From contig JBEKCS010000008.1 of NCBI GenBank assembly GCA_050014755.1, positions 11,820 through 75,819 on the forward strand: a DNA stretch of 64,000 nt, read 5' to 3'. Source of the DNA: Acidimicrobiales bacterium (GTDB lineage: Bacteria; Actinomycetota; Acidimicrobiia; Acidimicrobiales; RAAP-2). This document shows, in pieces, positions 26,103 through 36,106 of this stretch. A model generated the notes under the pieces. It saw only the letters and a list, made by a program, of their open reading frames with translations. It had not been told where the DNA came from and did not search any database. A program made the position numbers and the translations under genes. Each line of letters opens with the position of its first letter. Position 1 is the stretch's first letter.

Positions 26103-27389
26103 CTACCGGTCGGACGTGGCGGCCATCGCCAGGTCGGTGGCCAGCGTGCCGCGCTTGGCCCTCGAGTCACGGGCCTGCGACCGGATGGACACGTCATGGC
26201 CGGCGACGCTGGCCCGCAGGCTCCCGACGGTGCACTGCTCCTTGCCGCCCAGCACGGTGAACGGGTCGTAGTGGAAGTGGCGCATGGCGTTGAGATGGGT
26301 GATGCGGTCGATGTCGTGGTCACTCACCCCGGCGAGGCTCTCGGCCAACGTCTCGGGCGCGATCGGCCAGGTCGAGTCAGAGTGCGGGTAGTCGCACTCC
26401 CACATGACGTTGTCCATCTCGAGGAAGTCACGGCTGGCGATGCCGAACTTGTCGTCGATGAAGCAGGTCAGCACGTTGCGGTTGAACACCTCGCTCGGCA
26501 GGTCGTTGCCGTAGTCCTGCCCGGTCCAGAGGTGGTGGCGGTCGTAGTTGTAGTCGATCCGCTCGAGGAAGTACGGAATCCAACCGATGCCGCCCTCCGA
26601 CAGGGCCACCCGGAGGTCGGGGAACTTGCGGAGCACCGGTGACCACACCAGATCGGTGGCCGCCTTGACGATGTTCATCGGGGTCAGGGTGATGAGGCAG
26701 TCCATCGGGGCATCGGGTGAGGTGATGACCAGCTCGGAGGAGGAGCCGATGTGTAGGCACACCACCATCTGCTCGTCGCTGCACGCCTTCCAGAACGGAT
26801 CCCAGTGGTCACTGTGGACGCTGGGCCACCCGAGCTTGGACGGGTTCTCCGAGAAGGTCACCGCGTGGACCCCCTTCGCCGCGGTGCGGCGCACCTCGGC
26901 TGCCATGATCTCGGGATCCCAGATGGCGGGCAGGACGCACGGGATGAACCGGCCCGGCTGGGAGCCGCACCACTCGTCGATGTGCCAGTCGTTGTAGGCC
27001 CGGACCATGGCCAACGCCACGTCCTTGTCCTCGGTGCGGGCGAACAGCTGGCCGCAGAACTGGGGGAAGGAGGGGAAGCACAGCGAACCGAGCACCCCGT
27101 TGGCATCCATGTCCTTGACCCGCTCGCCGATGTCGTAGCACCCGGGGCGGAGCTGGTCGAAGGAGGTCGGCTCGATGCCGTACTCCTCGCGCGGGCGGCC
27201 AGCCACAGCGTTGAGCGCCACGTTGGGGAGGATCTGACCCTCGTAGAGCCACGAGTTGGTCCCATCCTCGTTGGTGATGAACTGCGGGGCCAGGTCGACG
27301 TACTTGGCCGGCAGGCGCCCGTCGAACAGTCCGGGCGGCTCGACCACGTGGTCGTCCACACTCACCAGCACCATGTCGTTGATTTCCAT
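26103..27389 (-). CDS. Amidohydrolase 2 (PF04909-like) family protein, paralog 1
   Basis: MEINDMVLVSVDDHVVEPPGLFDGRLP, ...MDANGV..., LSEGGIGWIPYFLERID and ECDYPHSDSTWP. It is clearly homologous to 34125-35321 and 42639-43865. Confidence 0.85.
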   Translation of the reverse strand: MEINDMVLVSVDDHVVEPPGLFDGRLPAKYVDLAPQFITNEDGTNSWLYEGQILPNVALNAVAGRPREEYGIEPTSFDQLRPGCYDIGERVKDMDANGVLGSLCFPSFPQFCGQLFARTEDKDVALAMVRAYNDWHIDEWCGSQPGRFIPCVLPAIWDPEIMAAEVRRTAAKGVHAVTFSENPSKLGWPSVHSDHWDPFWKACSDEQMVVCLHIGSSSELVITSPDAPMDCLITLTPMNIVKAATDLVWSPVLRKFPDLRVALSEGGIGWIPYFLERIDYNYDRHHLWTGQDYGNDLPSEVFNRNVLTCFIDDKFGIASRDFLEMDNVMWECDYPHSDSTWPIAPETLAESLAGVSDHDIDRITHLNAMRHFHYDPFTVLGGKEQCTVGSLRASVAGHDVSIRSQARDSRAKRGTLATDLAMAATSDR

Positions 27390-27592
27390 CGGACACCCTT
27401 CTCTCGCGCCCCCCCCGGGCGTGACAACCGCGAGTCTCCCAGACCTATCCCTCCATGTCACCTACGCCCCCGGCCGGGCGGCGACACCGCTGGTGGACGA
27501 ACTCCCCGTCGACGACCGTGGCCACCACCCGGGCGGAGGACGGCTCGTCCAGGACCCGGTCGACACCGCGTCGAGGAGGCACAGGCCGGCCA

Positions 27593-28774
27593 TCAGACGG
27601 TCCCGACGGTGTCGTCCGCCCCGACCACTTCGGCCGATACATCGGACATCGACGCGTCGATGAGATGGTCGCCTCCACGGGCCAGTGCGGCCATCACCGC
27701 GGCGGCAGCGGCCAGGCCGGTCAACGGGTCGGCAACGGCGTCCGCACAGAAGCACGGTCCCCGGTCGTCCCACACCACGAGCCCACCGGCCGCCGCGGCG
27801 TCGTCGCCGAACGCCACCCGCTCCCTCGATCCCGGGTCGCTCCCGTACCCGGTGACGGACAGCCAGGCCCGTGGGCGGCCGTCCCGCACCGTCGAGACGG
27901 GGTCCAGGCCGAGCTGGTCGAGGGCCCGGGGCCTGGCCGAGGTGATCACGACATCGGACCCGGCGATGATCCGGTCCAGTTCGGTGCGACCGGCCGGGGT
28001 CCCCCACGCCAACCGCGTCGACTCCTTGCCGTCGTTGAGCGACGCGAAGTGCTCCGGTCGTCCCCGCCGCGCACCGTCCGGCCGGGTCACGGACTCCACC
28101 TTCACCACCCGGGCCCCGCCCCGGACCAACAACGCGCCCACCAGCGGGCCGGCCCACAGGGTCGACAGGTCGGCCACCACCAGGTCCGACAGGGCCACCG
28201 GTGGACTCCCCGGACCCAGTGCCGCAACCGACACGCCGGTCCGGTCCGGTCCGCCACCGGGACCACGGCGCTCCCCCACCCGGGCGACCGGCAGCCCGAG
28301 CCCGGCCGACCGGGCCACCAGTTCGTCGGCACCGAAGGGGGCCATGGCCGACTCGACCCGCCCCCAGTCACCGTCGCCGACCGGCGCGCGTAGCCCGAGC
28401 CACGCCGCCACCAGCTCCCAGTCGCTCGGACGGGCCAGGCTCACGGCCATCCATCCGTCGGCCACCGGGACCAGACGGGACGCTCCACCGACACTGATGC
28501 TCCCGCCCCGGACCATCCGGCCGTGCCGTGCCCGGGCCGCCATGAGGGCCAGGGGGTCGACCACCACCGGCCGGCCGAGGGCCGCCGAATCGCGGGCGAT
28601 CGCCGCCGCCAGGTCCCGCACGCCCCCGACCAGTCCCGGGGGTGGCCCGAGACCGGGTCCGTCCGGACGACCGGTGAGCTCCTGGAGTCCCGACGCCATC
28701 CAGGCCCCGTCCTCCGCGGGTGCCACCCCGTCGGCCGTGGTCCCCGGATCCGTACCGACAGCAGTGCGGCCCAT
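27593..28774 (-). CDS. CaiB/BaiF-like CoA-transferase with apparently permuted domain order
   Basis: The canonical N-terminal motif (VVADLSTLWAGPLVGALLVRGGARVVKVES) sits at about aa 200, followed by the Asp-loop-like AFGDDAAAAGG. The first roughly 200 aa resemble the family's middle/small domain (VADGWMAVSLARPSDWELVAAWLG). The start is uncertain (28774, 28801 or 28810). Confidence 0.6.
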   Translation of the reverse strand: MGRTAVGTDPGTTADGVAPAEDGAWMASGLQELTGRPDGPGLGPPPGLVGGVRDLAAAIARDSAALGRPVVVDPLALMAARARHGRMVRGGSISVGGASRLVPVADGWMAVSLARPSDWELVAAWLGLRAPVGDGDWGRVESAMAPFGADELVARSAGLGLPVARVGERRGPGGGPDRTGVSVAALGPGSPPVALSDLVVADLSTLWAGPLVGALLVRGGARVVKVESVTRPDGARRGRPEHFASLNDGKESTRLAWGTPAGRTELDRIIAGSDVVITSARPRALDQLGLDPVSTVRDGRPRAWLSVTGYGSDPGSRERVAFGDDAAAAGGLVVWDDRGPCFCADAVADPLTGLAAAAAVMAALARGGDHLIDASMSDVSAEVVGADDTVGTV

Positions 28775-28799
28775 GACGGGCACACAGTACCCTCGGCCC

Positions 28800-29789
28800 A
28801 TGGTTCCCACGCCGCTCGCCGGGCACGAGTTCGCCGGGGCCCTCGAAACGGGCGACGTCTACGACCGGCTCGGCGGGACCGACGGGCGGGTGGTGCTGGT
28901 CGAGGCCGACGGCCTACCCGACCGCCTGGACCCTGCCTCCATGGAACGCCTGGTCACCCTTCCGGCGGTCGTCGTGGCGTTGTGCGACACGCCGTCCCGC
29001 CGGCCCGACTGGGCGGACCTGGTCTGCGCCCCCGACGGCCCCGGCCCCGGGTCGGTGGCCGCTGTGGTCGGCGACAACCCGCTGGCCGCCACGGTGCTGG
29101 CGGTACTGCTCCGGTCCGGAGGGAGCCGCACCATCCACGAGGGTCTCGTCGCCGAGTCCACCGCCTACGGGCTGCTGCAGGGCGGACCCGAGTTCACCCG
29201 GTGGCGGACCGGGCGACCGCCGCGTCGGCGTTCCGTCCCCGTCGGTCCCGCGGTGCGCCTCCAACGCGACCACGACGAGCTCGAGGTGACCCTCGACCGG
29301 CCCGAGGTCCGCAATGCCCTCGACTCGGCCATGCGCGACGAGCTGGTGGCCGCCCTGACCGTCGCCGCCCTCGACCCGACGGTCACCGCGGTGCACCTCC
29401 GTGGGGCCGGCCCCTCGTTCTGCAGTGGCGGGGACCTCGACGAATTCGGGTCCCGATCGGACCCGGCGACCGCCCACCTCATCCGCCTGCTCGTCAGCCC
29501 GGCCCGGGCGCTCGCCGAGGTCGCCGACCGCACCACCGCCCATCTCCAGGGCGACGCGGTGGGTTCGGGCATCGAGCTGGCCGCCTTCGCCCATCGGGTG
29601 GTGGCCGAGCCGACGACCCGCATTTCGCTCCCCGAGGTGCGCCTCGGACTCATCCCGGGTGCCGGTGGCACGGTGAGCCTGCCGCGACGCATCGGCAGGC
29701 ACCGGACCCTCGAACTGGCCCTGTCCACCGCGCCGATCGACGCGGCCACCGCCCTCGACTGGGGGCTGGTCGACCACGTGGGCTCCTGA
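28800..29789 (+). CDS. Crotonase-fold (enoyl-CoA hydratase/isomerase) protein with atypical N-terminal extension
   Basis: The core is LEVTLDRPEVRNAL, LRGAGPSFCSGGDL, GDAVGSGIELA and LGLIPGAGGT, and the protein ends straight after this core. The N-terminal 150 aa resemble the usual C-terminal helical part (NPLAATVLAVLLRSG...ESTAYGLLQGGPEFTRW). Confidence 0.7.
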   Translation: MVPTPLAGHEFAGALETGDVYDRLGGTDGRVVLVEADGLPDRLDPASMERLVTLPAVVVALCDTPSRRPDWADLVCAPDGPGPGSVAAVVGDNPLAATVLAVLLRSGGSRTIHEGLVAESTAYGLLQGGPEFTRWRTGRPPRRRSVPVGPAVRLQRDHDELEVTLDRPEVRNALDSAMRDELVAALTVAALDPTVTAVHLRGAGPSFCSGGDLDEFGSRSDPATAHLIRLLVSPARALAEVADRTTAHLQGDAVGSGIELAAFAHRVVAEPTTRISLPEVRLGLIPGAGGTVSLPRRIGRHRTLELALSTAPIDAATALDWGLVDHVGS

Positions 29790-29811
29790 GCGGCTGACGA
29801 GCCGGCCACCG

Positions 29812-30837
29812 GTGGGCCGAAGGGATGGTCGGTACACTGCCGCCGTGGAGACGAGCCGGCTGACCACCCCCGCGCTCCTCGTCCGACAGGACCTCCTCGA
29901 CGCCAATCTGGCCATCATGTCGGGCGCCCTGCCCGGCCGTCGCCTGCGCCCCCACGTCAAGGCCACCAAGTGCACGGCGCTCGCCGCCCGCCAGGCGGCT
30001 CTGGGCCACACCGCTTTCACGTGCGCCACCGTCGCGGAAATGGAGGGGATGGCCCGTGCCGGACTGGGCGAGGACCTCCTCCTGGCCAACGAGGTGGTCG
30101 ACACCACCCGACTCGGAGCGCTCGTACGCGACGGCGCCCGGGTCACCGTGGCCGTCGACTCCGAGGAGACCGTCGACGCGGCCGTCCGCGGTGGTGTGCC
30201 CGAGGTCGTCGTCGACGTGAACGTCGGGCTGCCCCGGTGCGGCTGCCGACCCGAGGACGCCGGACGGTTGGCCGAGACGGCACGACGGCACGGGCTCGAG
30301 GTCCGGGGGGTCATGGGCTACGAAGGTCATGTCGTCGGTCTGGAGGACCGGGCCGAGCGGGCCGACAAGCTGGAGACGTCGATGGCCCGGCTGCTGGCCG
30401 CCCACGACCTGGTCGGCGGTGACGTCGTCTCCGCCGGCGGCACGGGGACCTACGACCTCAACCACTGGGCCACCGAGATCCAGGCCGGGTCGTACTCGCT
30501 CATGGACACCGCCTACGCCAGGCTCCGCCTGCCCTTCCGCCAGGCCCTCTCGGTACTGTCCACGGTGATCTCGGTGTCGAGCGGGTGGGCCGTCGCCGAC
30601 TGCGGCCTCAAGGCCCTCGGCATGGACCACGGCAATCCGGACATCGACGGGGCGACCGTGATCTTCTGCTCCGACGAGCACGTGGTCTTCGTCCCCGACG
30701 ACCCCGTGCGTGTCGGCCAGCGGATCGAGGTCATGCCCGCCCATGTCGATCCGACGGTCGCCTACCACCGGTACCTCCACATCGTCGACGGCGACGAGGT
30801 GGTCGACCGCTGGGACGTGGACCTGCGCGGCTGGTAG
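29812..30837 (+). CDS. Alanine racemase N-terminal-like PLP enzyme (DSD1/D-threonine aldolase/D-serine dehydratase-like)
   Basis: PLP-lysine context RPHVKATKC, a TIM-barrel-like first half, and a C-terminal MPAHVDPTV motif typical of the DSD1-like family. The start is GTG. Confidence 0.7.
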   Translation: MGRRDGRYTAAVETSRLTTPALLVRQDLLDANLAIMSGALPGRRLRPHVKATKCTALAARQAALGHTAFTCATVAEMEGMARAGLGEDLLLANEVVDTTRLGALVRDGARVTVAVDSEETVDAAVRGGVPEVVVDVNVGLPRCGCRPEDAGRLAETARRHGLEVRGVMGYEGHVVGLEDRAERADKLETSMARLLAAHDLVGGDVVSAGGTGTYDLNHWATEIQAGSYSLMDTAYARLRLPFRQALSVLSTVISVSSGWAVADCGLKALGMDHGNPDIDGATVIFCSDEHVVFVPDDPVRVGQRIEVMPAHVDPTVAYHRYLHIVDGDEVVDRWDVDLRGW

Positions 30838-30871
30838 CGCATCGGGGCGCCGTCGGACATGCTGTGGACCC

Positions 30872-32287
30872 ATGGAGCAGATCGGGATAGTCGAGGCGGC
30901 ACGCCGGATACGGACCGGCGACCTGTCCGCCGAGACCCTGGTGCGATCGTGCCTCGACTCGGTCGAACGCAGGAACCCGGAGCTCAACGCCTTCGTCCAC
31001 GTCGACGTCGACGGCGCCCTGGCCGCGGCGGCCGCGGTCGACCGGTCGATCCGAGCCGGTAGAGGCGACGGGCTCGGCCCGTTGGCCGGCGTTCCCTTCG
31101 GCGTCAAGGACCTCGAGGACTGCAGGGGCATGCCGACGACACGGGGCTCGCGCTGGTACGCCGATGGTCCGGCCAAGCAGGTCGACTCGATCCACGTGGC
31201 CCGGCTACGGGGCGCCGGGGCCATCCCGATCGGAAAGACGGCGACGCCGGAGCTGGGCGCCTGGGCGTACACGGCCAGCCCCCTGCTCGGCGTGACCCGC
31301 AGCCCGTGGGACACGAGCCGCACCCCGGGGGGTTCCAGCGGCGGGTCGAGCGCAGCCGTGTCCTCCGGCATGGTCCCCTTCGCCACCGCCAGCGACGGCG
31401 GTGGCTCGATCCGCGAGCCGGCGGCGTTCACCGGCCTGGTCGGCCTGCGGGCGTCCTACGGCCGGATCCCGACCTTCGGTGACACCCACCTGGCCCAGAA
31501 CGCCGTCGTCGGATGCCTGACCACGAGCGTGGCCGACACAGCGCTCCTGCTCGACGTCATGTCCGGTCCCGACGGACGTGACCGGACCTGCCTTCCCAAC
31601 CCACCCGGCAGCTACCTCGACGCCCTCGACCGGGTCGCCCTCCCGGATGTGCGCGTCGCGTGGTCGGTCGACCTCGGCTTCGCGGTGGTCGACCCGGAGG
31701 TGGCCACCATCTGCGAGGAGGCAGCCCGGGCCTTCACCGAAGCGCTGGGTACCCGACTCGTCGACCGGCCGATCACGCTCCAGGACTACACGCGGATCTA
31801 CATCGGGATCGAGGGCGTCGACCGGTTCGTGACAAACGACCGCAGCCTGTGGGAGGACCGTCTCGACGAGGCGGACCCGCTGTGCGCCCCGGCATGGACC
31901 TACCTCAGTCACCGGACCCTCCCCGAAGCCGCCGCGGTGGAGTCGGCCCGTCGCAAGCTCGTCATCCAGGTGGCGGAAGTCTTCGACGACGTCGATCTCG
32001 TCCTGACACCGATGACCTCGGTGGCCCCGTTTGCCGCCGAGGGGCCGATGCCCACCGAGATCGCCGGGGTCGAGGTGCACGCCGGCATGTCCGTGGCCCT
32101 CGCGTTCCTGGCCAGCGTGGTGAACCTCCCGGCGGTGAGCATCCCCGCCGGCATCACCGGGGAAGGGCTCCCGATCGGGCTGCAGGTGATCGGGCCCCGG
32201 TTCCGCGAGGACCTGGTGCTGGCGGCTGCGGCCCGCTACGAGGCCGCCCGACCGTGGCCGCTCCACTGTCCGGACCCGTCGCGGTGA
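30872..32287 (+). CDS. Amidase signature (AS) family amidase
   Basis: GVPFGVKD, GGSSGGSSAAV and ASDGGGSIREPA. Confidence 0.9.
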   Translation: MEQIGIVEAARRIRTGDLSAETLVRSCLDSVERRNPELNAFVHVDVDGALAAAAAVDRSIRAGRGDGLGPLAGVPFGVKDLEDCRGMPTTRGSRWYADGPAKQVDSIHVARLRGAGAIPIGKTATPELGAWAYTASPLLGVTRSPWDTSRTPGGSSGGSSAAVSSGMVPFATASDGGGSIREPAAFTGLVGLRASYGRIPTFGDTHLAQNAVVGCLTTSVADTALLLDVMSGPDGRDRTCLPNPPGSYLDALDRVALPDVRVAWSVDLGFAVVDPEVATICEEAARAFTEALGTRLVDRPITLQDYTRIYIGIEGVDRFVTNDRSLWEDRLDEADPLCAPAWTYLSHRTLPEAAAVESARRKLVIQVAEVFDDVDLVLTPMTSVAPFAAEGPMPTEIAGVEVHAGMSVALAFLASVVNLPAVSIPAGITGEGLPIGLQVIGPRFREDLVLAAAARYEAARPWPLHCPDPSR

Positions 32288-32317
32288 CCGAGGAGTCACC
32301 GGGGCCGCGCCAGCGGG

Positions 32318-33562
32318 TCAGGTAGGGGGAGCGGCCCGGGGCGCCGGCACGGGGATCGGAAAGCGGAGCGCGACGGCGAAAACGGCCATGCAGGCGAAGG
32401 TCAGGCCTGCAGCCACGTACGACACGACGTGGAGACCGAAGTGCGCTACGGCGAGCGACTCGGACCCCGGACCGAGGATGCCTCCGACCATGCCGGCGAA
32501 GACCAGCCAGGCCACTGCGTTGTGGTCGTCCGGGATGAGCTCGGTAAACCAGTGGAACCCGAGGGGAAACACCAGGGCCAACGTCAGGCCCACCAGCGGG
32601 TACGCCACCGGTGCCAACCAGCGCACCCCCGATCCCATCAAGAACGTGATGGCCAGGCCGAGGCCGACCAGCACCAGCTGGTGACCGGCGAGGAGGCGCA
32701 GCATCGGCGTCGACACGAGTCGTCCGATGGCCAGACCCGCCCAGAACCCGGCGGTGACGAGCGACCCGACCGCGGCCGGATACCCCCAACCATGGAGCTG
32801 TGCGGCCAGCCATCCCGAGACGGCCGCCTCCACCGCCACGTAGCTGCCGAATGCCGACAGGAAGGTCCAGAGCACGACGCGGCGGTTGCCTGGACGCCGT
32901 TCGTCCATCGCCTGGCGCACCTCCGCGTGGACCGGTGGCGCATTCACACCCAGGACGAAGGGGACGAGGACCAGTCCGACCGCCGAGGCGATTCCGAAGA
33001 AGACGGCGAAGTGTTGCGGTCGGACGGCGACCACCAGGAGCGGGCCGGCGATGGCCCCGAATGCCCAGCCGGACCCCGACACGCTGAGCCGGGCGGCCCG
33101 GCCCTCGTGCGCCGTCCGCGAGGTGAGGTTCAACACGCCGAAATCGATGGCACCGAAGCCGACGCCGCTGAGGGCGACCCCGCCGAGGAACGCCGGCCAC
33201 GTCGGGGCGAGCGCGGCGACGGACATTCCGACGGAGAAGACCACGAGCGCCGCGGCCAGCACGGGCCCCCCGGCCGACCGGCCGAGGACGAACCAGCACA
33301 GTGCCACCCCGACGAGTGCGCCGGCGAAGCTGACGCTGAGGGTGAGACCGGCCGACGCCAGCGCCAGGCCGAAGTGGCGCGCGATACCCACGAGCAACGT
33401 GCCGTAGGCGGCGTTGGTGCCTCCGATGAGGCCGAGGGCCACGGTCACACCGGCGAACGGGACCCTGTCGAAGACGACGCCCTCCGCACCGGGGTCATCT
33501 CCTCGTCGTGCCCGACCGTTCACGACACCCGCTCCTCCTTGCGTCCTCCCCACACCGCTCAC
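32318..33562 (-). CDS. MFS transporter
   Basis: About 12 hydrophobic segments along a 414-aa ORF. The start is uncertain (GTG 33562). Confidence 0.75.
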   Translation of the reverse strand: MSGVGRTQGGAGVVNGRARRGDDPGAEGVVFDRVPFAGVTVALGLIGGTNAAYGTLLVGIARHFGLALASAGLTLSVSFAGALVGVALCWFVLGRSAGGPVLAAALVVFSVGMSVAALAPTWPAFLGGVALSGVGFGAIDFGVLNLTSRTAHEGRAARLSVSGSGWAFGAIAGPLLVVAVRPQHFAVFFGIASAVGLVLVPFVLGVNAPPVHAEVRQAMDERRPGNRRVVLWTFLSAFGSYVAVEAAVSGWLAAQLHGWGYPAAVGSLVTAGFWAGLAIGRLVSTPMLRLLAGHQLVLVGLGLAITFLMGSGVRWLAPVAYPLVGLTLALVFPLGFHWFTELIPDDHNAVAWLVFAGMVGGILGPGSESLAVAHFGLHVVSYVAAGLTFACMAVFAVALRFPIPVPAPRAAPPT

Positions 33563-33596
33563 GAGCGACCGGGGGCATGCAGACCCTAGTGAAGCC

Positions 33597-33998
33597 CTAG
33601 CGGGGGCCGGACGGAACGTCCGGCGGAGGCGCCAGCTGCTCCATGAACTCGAGCCGGATACCCCCCGGCGCGTCCACGAAGGCGATGCGACGGGTCCCGA
33701 AGGCGCCCTCGACGATGGCGGGGCCCCACACCACCGCGTGTCCCTCGAGCTCGGCGTCCAGGTCGTCGGTGAACAGGGCCGGATGCAGGAACCCTTCGGC
33801 CGGCAGTTCGACCGCGTCCTCGTAGATGGCCCGGGTGAACAATGTGATCATCACCGGGCCGAGGTAGACGTCGGCCCGCTCCCCTCCTCCCCACGCCATC
33901 CGGTCGCGGACCTCGGCACCGGCCTCCTCATAGAAGCGGACGGCACCGTCCAGGTCGGCCACTTTGACGGCCAGATTGGCCAGTCCGGTCACGGCCAC
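33597..33998 (-). CDS. VOC (glyoxalase-like) family protein
   Basis: 133 aa with LANLAVKVADLDGAVRFY ... IRLEFME. Confidence 0.7.
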   Translation of the reverse strand: MAVTGLANLAVKVADLDGAVRFYEEAGAEVRDRMAWGGGERADVYLGPVMITLFTRAIYEDAVELPAEGFLHPALFTDDLDAELEGHAVVWGPAIVEGAFGTRRIAFVDAPGGIRLEFMEQLAPPPDVPSGPR

Positions 33999-34124
33999 GG
34001 GGCCTCCTCGTCGTCACGCCGTCCCGCCCGCTGCGTCGGCTCCGGAAGTGTACCGACGACCAGCGGCAGTGGGCCCGGCACTGCACCGGCGGACCGGGCA
34101 TACTCGCCCCATGGAGGTAGGCCC

Positions 34125-35321
34125 ATGACCATCGTGACCCGCACCGACACCCTGCTGCCGGACCCGGCACCCCGGCCCGTGCGGGCAACGGTCATCTCGG
34201 TCGACGATCACCTGGTCGAGCCGCCGGACATGTTCGAGGGACGCCTGCCCGCCCGGTTCGCCGATCGGGCCCCCCGGGTAGTCGAGACCTCCCGCGGTCA
34301 CCAGCTGTGGGAGTTCGACGGGCAGCGCTACTCACAGGTGGGGATGAACGCCGTGGCCGGCCGGCGCCCCGAGCACGTCACGTTGGAGCCCACCCGGTTC
34401 GAGGACATGCGGCGCGGCTGCTGGGACATCGATGCACGCATCGCCGACATGGACGTCAACGGGGTGTGGGCGTCACTCAACTTCCCGTCCCAGATCACCG
34501 GGTTCTCGGGCAGCGTGTTCTCGCGGGCGAGCGACCCCGATCTCGGGCTGGCCGTCACCCGGGCCTGGAACGACTGGCTCTACGAGGCGTGGTGGCAGCC
34601 CTACCCGGACCGCATCATCCCCTGCGGCATCACCTTCCTCGCCGATCCCGTGCTGGCAGCCGAGGAGATCAGGCGGAACGCCGACCGCGGCTTCCGGTCG
34701 GTGACCCTCCCCGAACGCCCGCAGAAGATCGGACTGCCCAGCGTGTTCAGCGGCCACTGGGACCCGGTCATGGCCGCCTGTCAGGAGACGGACACCGTCA
34801 TCTCGCTCCACGTCGGTTCCTCGGGCATGCCCGACCTGCCCCCGGACGGACCGCTCGTGGCCCTCGGTGCCACCCTGTTCGGCCAGATGTCGCTGACCGC
34901 GTGCGCCGAGTGGCTGTGGTCCGGGCTGCCGGTGCGCTTCCCCGACCTGCACATCGCCATGAGCGAGGGAGGGATCGGCTGGGTGGCCATGCTGCTGGAC
35001 CGCCTGGACAACATCGTCGACCGGTCCGGATACGGGCGAGGGTACGACGAGTCGGGCCTGCGGCCCGCCGACGTGCTGCAGCGCAACTTCTGGTTCTGCA
35101 CCATCGACGACCCGTCCACCATCGACACCCGCCACCGGATCGGCATCGACCACGTGATGGTGGAGGTCGACTATCCCCACGGCGACTCGACCTGGCCCGA
35201 CACCCAGGACGTCATCGAACGGTTCTGGGGCCATCTGCCCGTCGAGGAGCTCCGCAAGCTGACCCACGAGAACGCCGCCCACCTCTACCGCTGGCCGCTT
35301 CCCGACAACGTCCTGCCGTGA
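34125..35321 (+). CDS. Amidohydrolase 2 (PF04909-like) family protein, paralog 2
   Basis: VISVDDHLVEPPDMFEGRLP, MDVNGV, MSEGGIGWVAMLLDRLD and VDYPHGDSTWP. GGAGG lies upstream of ATG 34125. Confidence 0.85.
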   Translation: MTIVTRTDTLLPDPAPRPVRATVISVDDHLVEPPDMFEGRLPARFADRAPRVVETSRGHQLWEFDGQRYSQVGMNAVAGRRPEHVTLEPTRFEDMRRGCWDIDARIADMDVNGVWASLNFPSQITGFSGSVFSRASDPDLGLAVTRAWNDWLYEAWWQPYPDRIIPCGITFLADPVLAAEEIRRNADRGFRSVTLPERPQKIGLPSVFSGHWDPVMAACQETDTVISLHVGSSGMPDLPPDGPLVALGATLFGQMSLTACAEWLWSGLPVRFPDLHIAMSEGGIGWVAMLLDRLDNIVDRSGYGRGYDESGLRPADVLQRNFWFCTIDDPSTIDTRHRIGIDHVMVEVDYPHGDSTWPDTQDVIERFWGHLPVEELRKLTHENAAHLYRWPLPDNVLP

Positions 35322-36067
35322 CCGAGGCACCATTCTCCCCCACCCGGGACCAACTCCTGCCGCCGCTCACGCCCCGCCAGGAGTTGGTCCTGCTGGCCCG
35401 GACCCTGTGGCGCGAGGGCTACGACGACCACCTGGCCGGGCACATCACCTACCGCCAGTCCGACGGGACGCTGCTGTGCAACCCGTGGCTCCTCCTGTGG
35501 GACGAGCTCCGCCCGGACGACGTGCTGCGGATCGACGTCGACGGCCACGTGCTGGACGGCGAGTGGCCGGTTCCACCGGGGATCCCCCTCCACCTCGAAC
35601 TGCACCGTCAACGCCACGACGTGGTGGTCGCCGTGCACAGCCATCCCCGCTACGCCACCGTATGGGCGGACCTCGGACGGATCCCCGGCTGCTTCGACCA
35701 GAGCTCGGCGCTCGGGGGCGGCGAACCGGTCCTGGTCGACGAGTACGAAGGACCGGTCGACTCGCGCGAGGCGGCGGCCCGGGCCGTCACGTCGATGGGC
35801 CCGGCCGCCTCGGCGCTGCTGGCCAATCACGGGGTACTGGTCACCGCGGGCAGCATCCGGGCCGCCCACCAGCGTTCGGTCGCGCTCGAGTACCGGAGCC
35901 GGCGAGCCTGGCAGGTCGAAGCGATCGGCGAGGGCCGCGAGCTCCCCGAGCCGGCCCGCTCCTTCTTCCGGGCGTCCGACGGCGACGGGTTCGTGGGCTT
36001 CTTCGAGGCCATGGCCCGCCAGGAGCTCCGCCTCGACCCCGGCTGCCTGGAGCCGCGCCGGTCGTGA
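35318..36067 (+). CDS. Class II aldolase/adducin family protein
   Basis: VVVAVHSHPRYAT and ANHGVLV. The GTG start overlaps the stop of the amidohydrolase gene (GTGA at 35318-35321). Confidence 0.8.
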   Translation: MTEAPFSPTRDQLLPPLTPRQELVLLARTLWREGYDDHLAGHITYRQSDGTLLCNPWLLLWDELRPDDVLRIDVDGHVLDGEWPVPPGIPLHLELHRQRHDVVVAVHSHPRYATVWADLGRIPGCFDQSSALGGGEPVLVDEYEGPVDSREAAARAVTSMGPAASALLANHGVLVTAGSIRAAHQRSVALEYRSRRAWQVEAIGEGRELPEPARSFFRASDGDGFVGFFEAMARQELRLDPGCLEPRRS

Positions 36068-36106
36068 TCCCCAGAAGTTCCGGTCACACAGAAGGGTGAA
36101 CCCGAG

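Noticed and set aside
26805-28799. N-terminal two thirds of the 994-aa plus-strand ORF that ends as the crotonase gene.
   Set aside because: It is low-complexity Arg/Pro/Ser-rich sequence antisense to the amidohydrolase and CoA-transferase-like genes. Only the part from ATG 28800 shows family motifs.
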